A stretch of DNA of 13,997 nt from Caedibacter taeniospiralis (GTDB lineage Bacteria > Pseudomonadota > Gammaproteobacteria > Francisellales > Francisellaceae), in assembly GCF_002803295.2 (NCBI RefSeq), contig NZ_PGGB02000009.1, positions 53,324-67,320 on the forward strand, written 5' to 3'. This document shows positions 1 through 4,732 of this stretch, piece after piece; the first letter of the stretch is position 1, and each line of letters opens with the position of its first letter. Below the pieces are notes generated by a model. That model saw only the letters and a list, made by a program, of their open reading frames with translations. It ran no database searches and was not told the DNA's origin. The position numbers were made by a program, and so were the translations under genes.

Positions 1-79
1 AAAATTTATACCGCCGAGGATAGCCGATTCGATTTTGTGTATGGATATACAAAATCTATCATGAGGCCCGAGGCACCCT
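1..79. repeat. Left copy of a perfect inverted repeat of at least 79 bp (partner 13916..13994); it runs off the left window edge
   Basis: I reverse-complemented 13916..13994 by hand and it equals 1..79 base for base. Identity stops at 80 (t) versus 13915 (c). The right copy is followed by 'gcc', so the repeat may extend beyond position 1. Confidence 0.92.
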
Positions 80-474
80 TTAAGCTAACAAGTCTTAAAA
101 TAGCGCGCGAAGCAAAGGTGCTTAATCTGGGTAAATTTGTGAAGAACTTAGATGCTGAGCTTGTTGCTGTTAATAATGAAAAACTAAAATTTCTCAAAAG
201 AGAGCAATCACTTAAACGGCAGATTGAGTCTATCAAGACCTACCTGGCTAAAAACATGGCTGAGGGCGAACAATTCAAGGATGCGCAAATCAGGGTGAGC
301 TGGCGCATGCCAAGCGAACAAGTGCATGTGTCTAATGTTGACATGATTCCTGAAAAATATAAACGCATCACGGTTGAAGCAGATAAAATTGAACTTAAAA
401 AAGCGATTAAAAATGGCGAGCTGATTACTGGGGCATACTTGCAGTACGTTGAACCGAGTGTGTTAATCAAATAA
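37..474 (+). CDS. Siphovirus Gp157-family protein, N-terminally truncated or replaced; the homologous part begins about position 80, and the ATGs at 37 and 61 lie inside the inverted repeat
   Basis: The segments 'KFVKNLDAELVAVNNEKLKFLKREQSLKRQIESIKTYL' and 'SWRMPSEQVHVSNVDMIPEKYKRITVEADKIELKKAIKNGELITGAYLQYVEPSVLIK' follow the Gp157 (Sipho_Gp157) pattern as I recall it. Roughly the first 30-45 residues typical of the family are missing, and the break coincides with the repeat boundary at 79/80. Confidence 0.55.
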   Translation: MYGYTKSIMRPEAPFKLTSLKIAREAKVLNLGKFVKNLDAELVAVNNEKLKFLKREQSLKRQIESIKTYLAKNMAEGEQFKDAQIRVSWRMPSEQVHVSNVDMIPEKYKRITVEADKIELKKAIKNGELITGAYLQYVEPSVLIK

Positions 475-486
475 GAGGAAGTCGTT

Positions 487-1293
487 ATGAATATCGCTAT
501 AAGAGAACATGAAACTTTAATACAAGCAGTATCAGCACGAGAGCTTTACCAGTTTCTGGAAATTAGAGCGGATTTCACGCATTGGATGAAGCGAATGCTG
601 GAGTATGGATTTGAAGAAAATATTGACTATCTTTTGCACGTCAAAAATGACGAGCAAAAAAGCGGGCGCGGCGGTTACAACAAGGTGGACTATTTCTTAA
701 CCATTGACTGCGCCAAAGAAATAGCAATGCTTCAGCGTAGCGATAAAGGAAAACAAGCTCGCAAGTATTTTATTGAGTGTGAAAGGCAACTGAAAGAGCA
801 ACAGGCTAATCAAATTAGGGGGCAAAATACTCATGCTATTGGCAGTGGAAACTACATTGAAGCAGCAAAAGTAATGCGAGCAGCGAAGTTAGCTTTAACC
901 GGGTTAATTAAAGACAAAAACCAGTTAGCTATTGCATGTTCTCAGGTAGGTTACAAAGCTACTGGTGTTGATATTGTTAAAGCGGCGGAAATCCCGCTTA
1001 TATCAGCCCAACAGCAGCAATTATTAACCCCTACTCAATTAAGTAAAAGTATTGCCCCAAATCTGTCTGCCCAAAAGGTCAATCAGCTTCTTGAAGCCAA
1101 AGGACTGCAAACCAGAATAAAAGACGCAAAAGGTAATACAGTTTGGGCAGCTACTGAAAAAGGTTTAGATTTTGGCTTGTATCAAGACACGGGCAAAAGA
1201 CATTCAGATGGCGCGCCAGTCAGGCATTTAAATGGTTTGATAGTGTCATTGGTCAGGTGTAATCAATGCAGTACAGCGAATCTGGTGTGTTGA
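487..1293 (+). CDS. AntA/AntB-domain phage antirepressor-like protein
   Basis: A GAGGAA RBS lies before the ATG. The N-terminus 'AVSARELYQFLEIRADFTHWMKRMLEYGFEENIDY...DYFLTIDCAKEIAMLQRSDKGKQARKYFIECE' is the AntA-domain pattern. The last ~20 codons look out of frame (see findings). Confidence 0.7.
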   Translation: MNIAIREHETLIQAVSARELYQFLEIRADFTHWMKRMLEYGFEENIDYLLHVKNDEQKSGRGGYNKVDYFLTIDCAKEIAMLQRSDKGKQARKYFIECERQLKEQQANQIRGQNTHAIGSGNYIEAAKVMRAAKLALTGLIKDKNQLAIACSQVGYKATGVDIVKAAEIPLISAQQQQLLTPTQLSKSIAPNLSAQKVNQLLEAKGLQTRIKDAKGNTVWAATEKGLDFGLYQDTGKRHSDGAPVRHLNGLIVSLVRCNQCSTANLVC

Positions 1294-1316
1294 TTAGGTG
1301 ATAGGAGGAGAAGAGG

Positions 1317-2045
1317 ATGAATCAATTAATAAAACAGCAAAAAACCATGTCAAGTCGTGAGATTGCGGAGATTACAGGTAAAGAGCATAAAAATATTTTG
1401 CGTGATATTGAGAACATGCTTAACGAGCTCAAAATTGAGCTCGTTGAATTCTTAAGCGAATATGTAGATGCCAAGGGAGAGCGAAGAAAAAGCTTTAATC
1501 TACCTAAACGTGAAACTCTCATTTTAGTGTCAGGGTATAACATAGCAATGCGCGCTAAAATTATTGACAGATGGCAGGAACTCGAAGCACAGCGATCACT
1601 GAAAGCACCTCAAAATCTTTTAGAAGCCTTGCAGCTGGCTGTGAAGCTTGAAGAAGAAAAAGAAGCGTTGAGAATTGAAAGCAAGAAAAAAGATCAGCTA
1701 ATCGGTGAATACAAACCAAAAGCAGATTATGTTGATACGATTTTAAAATCAACCTCACTGGTTACGATTACGCAGATTGCCAAAGATTATGGCAAGAGCG
1801 GTCGTGCAATGAATCAATTATTAAATGATTTAGAGATTCAGTATTTTCAGAGCGGACAGTGGTGGCTTTATAGTAAATATCACGCGCAAGGCTATACCCA
1901 TTCGGAGACAATCAGCATTAAGCATAATAGCGGGATTGATGAAATAAGAATGATCACTAAGTGGACTCAAAAAGGACGCCTGTTTTTATATGACAAATTG
2001 AAGACGATAAGCGTTTTACCATTGATTGAACAAAAAGCAGCATAG
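1317..2045 (+). CDS. Rha-family phage regulatory protein with a C-terminal KilAC/ANT antirepressor domain
   Basis: A strong RBS (AGGAGGAG) precedes the ATG. The N-terminus 'MSSREIAEITGKEHKNILRDIENML...FNLPKRETLILVSGYNIAMRAKIIDRWQELE' is Rha-like. The C-terminus 'ADYVDTILKSTSLVTITQIAKDYGKSGRAMNQLL...' is KilAC-like. Confidence 0.75.
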   Translation: MNQLIKQQKTMSSREIAEITGKEHKNILRDIENMLNELKIELVEFLSEYVDAKGERRKSFNLPKRETLILVSGYNIAMRAKIIDRWQELEAQRSLKAPQNLLEALQLAVKLEEEKEALRIESKKKDQLIGEYKPKADYVDTILKSTSLVTITQIAKDYGKSGRAMNQLLNDLEIQYFQSGQWWLYSKYHAQGYTHSETISIKHNSGIDEIRMITKWTQKGRLFLYDKLKTISVLPLIEQKAA

Positions 2046-2047
2046 CT

Positions 2048-2425
2048 GTGCAGTACGAATTTACCACAGACTATCCGCCAAGTGTTAATGGGCTTTATGT
2101 GACAGGCAGAGATGGACGCAAGCATTTAACCAAACAGCACGTTGATTTCAGAAAACAAATTCGCTTAGACATGTTAGAGCAATGCGGGATACCTCAAGCC
2201 ATTAAGTCAAGTGCAGAGCTGACGATTACACTAACCCCTGGCGATAGAAGAAAACGCGATATAGATAATGGGTTAAAAGCACTTTTGGATGGGTTACAAA
2301 AAGCCAGGCTAATCAACGATGACAAGCAAATCAAGAAGCTAAATGTTGTTATGAATGATCGAGATTTAAGCCATGGTGGAAAGTGTCACATTCAACCAAA
2401 AGCACTTAATGCAGTGCAGGAATGA
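2048..2425 (+). CDS. rusA: RusA-family Holliday junction resolvase (GTG start)
   Basis: The motifs 'PPSVNGLY' and 'RRKRDIDNGLKALLDGLQKARLINDDKQI' match RusA hallmarks. The GTG start lies 2 nt after the upstream stop, which suggests translational coupling. Confidence 0.8.
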   Translation: MQYEFTTDYPPSVNGLYVTGRDGRKHLTKQHVDFRKQIRLDMLEQCGIPQAIKSSAELTITLTPGDRRKRDIDNGLKALLDGLQKARLINDDKQIKKLNVVMNDRDLSHGGKCHIQPKALNAVQE

Positions 2426-2723
2426 ATTTGGAAACAAGAGGAATTAATATGGCAATAACAATCGCGCCCATCATCCATTTGAAATTACTATCGATGCGAC
2501 TGTCCAATTTATCAATGCGACTGTCCAGTTTATCAATGCGACTGTCCAGCTTGTCGATACGACCGTTTAATGTGGCAATATCTTTATCCATCTTATCACG
2601 CAAATCTGAAATATCCTCTTTCATTTCAGCTTTAAAACTAGCCATGTCTTCTCTTGTCGCGGCGTGCATCAAAATATCGACAAGCTTATCCTGGGTAATG
2701 GTTACGTTAAATTCATTTTGCAT
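2406..2723 (-). CDS. Repetitive coiled-coil, C-terminally membrane-anchored protein (Bdr-like / DUF1640-like)
   Basis: I chose the ATG at 2723 (MQNEFNV...) because AGGAG lies 7 nt upstream. The longer ORF from 2762 has no SD. The protein has heptad repeats RIDKLDS x3-4 followed by a hydrophobic tail 'WMMGAIVIAILIPLVSKFI'. Its 3' end overlaps the rusA 3' end by 20 nt in convergent orientation. Confidence 0.65.
   Translation of the reverse strand: MQNEFNVTITQDKLVDILMHAATREDMASFKAEMKEDISDLRDKMDKDIATLNGRIDKLDSRIDKLDSRIDKLDSRIDSNFKWMMGAIVIAILIPLVSKFIPALH
2490..2573. repeat. 21-bp tandem repeat, 3 good units plus 1 degenerate unit, in frame within the Bdr-like gene
   Basis: The units are atcgatgcgactgtccaattt, atcaatgcgactgtccagttt, atcaatgcgactgtccagctt and gtcgatacgaccgtttaatgt. 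They encode the RIDKLDS heptads on the minus strand. Confidence 0.9.
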
Positions 2724-2782
2724 AAGGCGCTCCTGTTTTTGCGTCTGGTCAAAGTTTAGCATTAAAAAAGGAGAAACAAAAT

Positions 2783-3085
2783 ATGCACCATCATAATATT
2801 GTTGCCACTACAGGCACTTACACGGCGCAAGATGGTCAGAAGAAATATATCAATAAAACAGTTGGCAAGGTATTTCAGACGCAAAATGGCGTTAAGCTCA
2901 AGCTCGATGCCAGTTTTAATTTAGCGGCACTTGAGCAAACCGCTGATGGCAGTGTGTGGTTGTTAGTATTTCCGCCCAAAGAACAACAAGTCACACAATC
3001 CTATCAAAGCCCAAGTGCCGCACCGTACACACAGCCGACAATGCAACAAATCAATGATTTTGATGATAGTGAAGTACCTTTTTAA
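2783..3085 (+). CDS. Small hypothetical protein with a Q/P-rich linker and an SSB-like acidic C-terminal tip (DFDDSEVPF)
   Basis: An AAGGAG RBS lies 9 nt upstream of the ATG. The layout is a ~62-aa beta-rich N-domain, then 'PPKEQQVTQSYQSPSAAPYTQPTMQQ', then 'INDFDDSEVPF', which mimics SSB linker-plus-tip organisation. Confidence 0.6.
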   Translation: MHHHNIVATTGTYTAQDGQKKYINKTVGKVFQTQNGVKLKLDASFNLAALEQTADGSVWLLVFPPKEQQVTQSYQSPSAAPYTQPTMQQINDFDDSEVPF

Positions 3086-3106
3086 GTATGCAGTTTATGG
3101 TGATGT

Positions 3107-3382
3107 ATGAGCAATGATAGCCACAAATCAACACAACAGAAATCCTTCGTAATTCATGAGGTGTTTTTTAAAAATATGCGTGCGTTTGAGATATATTATG
3201 ATTTGCCTGAAAATACGTTGTCATACATTAAAAAGAAATATAAAACCACGGCTGAAGAAGCAGCTATGCGTGCGATGGAGTTGCCTCAAGTTAAGCGCTA
3301 CATTATTTACCAGAATTCATTCACAGCTAAATTTTTACAGATGAACTTACCAACGACTGATTTTGCTTATTATGTGGGTTAA
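3107..3382 (+). CDS. Hypothetical phage protein
   Basis: The ORF is in backbone orientation with a weak GGTGA SD. I recognise no motif. Confidence 0.45.
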   Translation: MSNDSHKSTQQKSFVIHEVFFKNMRAFEIYYDLPENTLSYIKKKYKTTAEEAAMRAMELPQVKRYIIYQNSFTAKFLQMNLPTTDFAYYVG

Positions 3383-3392
3383 GGAGAAGGTT

Positions 3393-3806
3393 ATGGGAGA
3401 ATTAACCCTTAATATGGGTTATAAGTTGATTAAAAATATAATCGGTGAGGAATATGCTGAAATCGTCCACGATGTGGCATCAAATAATGTCCGCAACAAG
3501 CTTTATTTTCCGATGTATGCGGGGAGGTCATGTGGTGAGCTTAGAAGAGCGTTGCCAAAAGAAGTATTGCAGAAGCTGTCGCAACACTTTGGTGGGCAGA
3601 CGCTTTACATACGCAAAGAAAACCTGAAAATTGATGACTCAAAACTCAAGCAATGGGCAGCAGATGTGCTTAGTAAAGCAGGTGCGTCACCGCGAGAAGT
3701 TGCGCAATTACTGAGGGTGAGAGAAAAGACGGTGCTTAATGGTTATGTTGAGAAACAGGAAAAGCCAGTTGATGACAGCGGGCAGAAGCAGATGTGTTTG
3801 TTTTAA
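3393..3806 (+). CDS. Putative Mor-family-like transcriptional activator (HTH)
   Basis: I chose the ATG at 3393 because AAGGAGAAGG lies just upstream. 'HFGGQTLYIRK' resembles the Mor 'GGxxxYIP(K/R)' signature as I recall it, and a C-terminal HTH-like 'ASPREVAQLLRVREKTV' follows. Confidence 0.4.
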   Translation: MGELTLNMGYKLIKNIIGEEYAEIVHDVASNNVRNKLYFPMYAGRSCGELRRALPKEVLQKLSQHFGGQTLYIRKENLKIDDSKLKQWAADVLSKAGASPREVAQLLRVREKTVLNGYVEKQEKPVDDSGQKQMCLF

Positions 3807-4213
3807 ACAAGTTTTAAATCCAAATGTTTGTCAAAGGTGGCAAGTGCTTGTTCAATGGCTTCAATTTTTGAGCGGTAGTGCAAGTTAAATAATCGATCCA
3901 GATTTGATGGCGCAACCCCTATTTTACTGGCAATATCTGTTTTTTTAAGATTAGATGCAAGCCACTCATTATAGAGATATACTTTGGCAGCCAGTCCAAC
4001 AGGTAGCGTGATATAATCAACGCCAATATGCTGAGGCACGGGAATAGGCTTTTTGTCCTCAATATAAAAATCAAATGCTGAAATAAGCGCATCAACTGCT
4101 TGGTCCTGTAATTCAGATAGCTTTTCAACAGTTGTCACAGCTTCAGGCGCATCAGGGAATGTGACTAAATACTCGCCGTTAGTATCTTCTTGAATATTAA
4201 TGTTATATTTCAT
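3803..4213 (-). CDS. hicB: HicB-family antitoxin (E. coli HicB type, with C-terminal HTH)
   Basis: 'LVTFPDAPEAVT...DALISAFDFYIEDKKPIPVP...RLFNLHYRSKIEAIEQAL' aligns along its full length with E. coli HicB as I recall it. A GAGGTG RBS is present. The gene lies 14 nt downstream of the hicA remnant. Confidence 0.85.
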   Translation of the reverse strand: MKYNINIQEDTNGEYLVTFPDAPEAVTTVEKLSELQDQAVDALISAFDFYIEDKKPIPVPQHIGVDYITLPVGLAAKVYLYNEWLASNLKKTDIASKIGVAPSNLDRLFNLHYRSKIEAIEQALATFDKHLDLKLV

Positions 4214-4227
4214 AATGTCACCTCGTA

Positions 4228-4408
4228 TTATTTTAAATCCAGGTCTTTTTTAATTTTCTCAACCAAGCCTTTACCAATTTCCTTAGCACCATGGTCAGGG
4301 AAAACGGTCTGGTATCCGTTCAAATATACTTTGAAATGGCTTGCCCTTTGCCTTCTTGAACGTGGCGCCGTTGTCTTTTAACCACTTTCTGAACTCACTG
4401 TATTTCAT
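4228..4408 (-). pseudogene. hicA: hicA toxin gene disrupted by a 1-nt insertion (frameshift just before the catalytic GSH motif)
   Basis: My hand translation from 4408 gives MKYSEFRKWLKDNGATFKKAKG and then runs into a stop at 4297..4295. The -1-shifted frame from 4341 reads SHFKVYLNGYQTVFPDHGAKEIGKGLVEKIKKDLDLK*, ending at 4228. The span is 181 nt (3n+1). Removing one A near 4342 restores a 59-aa HicA. Confidence 0.8.
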
Positions 4409-4439
4409 TGAAGAAAGGCTCCACGCTTGTTATGTGTTT

Positions 4440-4467
4440 AGTTTATCAAAAAAGATAAACTTTTCAA
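4440..4467 (-). promoter_or_regulatory. Predicted sigma70-type promoter of the hicAB locus
   Basis: On the minus strand: TTGAAA (4467..4462), a 16-nt spacer, then an extended -10 TGaTAAACT (4448..4440), about 30 nt upstream of the hicA ATG. Confidence 0.45.
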
Positions 4468-4513
4468 GATTAATTTATCAAAAAAGATAAACAACATTAT
4501 CAATTAAGATAAT
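4441..4513. promoter_or_regulatory. Three TTATC-N6-GATAA palindromic operator-like sites
   Basis: The sites are gtttatcaaaaaagataaac (4441..4460), atttatcaaaaaagataaac (4473..4492) and attatcaattaagataat (4496..4513). Site 1 overlaps the predicted -10 and spacer. Confidence 0.6.
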
Positions 4514-4530
4514 AAAACATTGCACAAACT
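4512..4530 (+). promoter_or_regulatory. Copy 1 of a 19-nt motif ATAAAAC(A/T)TTGCACAAACT, upstream of the methylase/terminase operon
   Basis: It is 18/19 identical to 9985..10003. Both copies are intergenic, on the + strand, and immediately downstream of a minus-strand TA cassette. Confidence 0.5.
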
Positions 4531-4732
4531 GTATGGGTGATAATTGTTAGAGTGTAGTGAACATAAGCTTTTAAGGTACTTTCGGAGGCTTGAAAGCACG
4601 GGGGTCGGCTATGCGCAAAAAACACTTTCTGCGTGAATGAAAAAAACGACTTCGTTTCGCTTTTGACACCTATGTGTATGGGGAAAGTGTTAAAAAAGCG
4701 AAATCAATAGCGAAATTAAAGGGGAATGGGGT

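Noticed and set aside
31-56. The 26-bp palindrome as a dif/pdif-like Xer site
   Set aside because: It does not resemble the XerC/XerD half-site consensus (…TTATGTTAA…) as I recall it, and its spacer is 2 nt rather than 6.
2490-2573. The tandem repeats here and at 13630..13690 as a possible CRISPR array
   Set aside because: The units are directly abutting (21 bp and 11 bp) with no unique spacers. One set is in-frame coding sequence. No cas genes are present.
2422-2796. 124-aa plus-strand ORF (SMRLS-repeat peptide) opposite the Bdr-like gene
   Set aside because: It is the mirror image of the 21-bp repeat region. It is Ser/Leu/Ile-rich low-complexity sequence with no SD. The minus-strand frame has a good RBS, clean heptads and a TM anchor.
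3156-3627. Nested same-strand ORFs 3156..3344 and 3445..3627 (Cys/Arg-rich)
   Set aside because: They are alternative frames of better-supported ORFs, with a basic, Cys-rich composition typical of out-of-frame translation and no RBS.
3803-3806. TTAA at the cassette junctions as a transposon target site (piggyBac-style)
   Set aside because: TTAA is simply two overlapping TAA stops in AT-rich DNA. There are no terminal inverted repeats flanking the cassettes, and no relevant transposase is known in bacteria or seen here.
4190-4381. 63-aa plus-strand ORF over the hicA remnant
   Set aside because: The minus strand encodes a clear, though frameshifted, HicA. The plus-strand peptide has no features and starts inside hicB.
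4601-4630. Tiny ORF MRKKHFLRE in the 4409..4732 intergenic region
   Set aside because: It is nine codons with no SD and is indistinguishable from chance.
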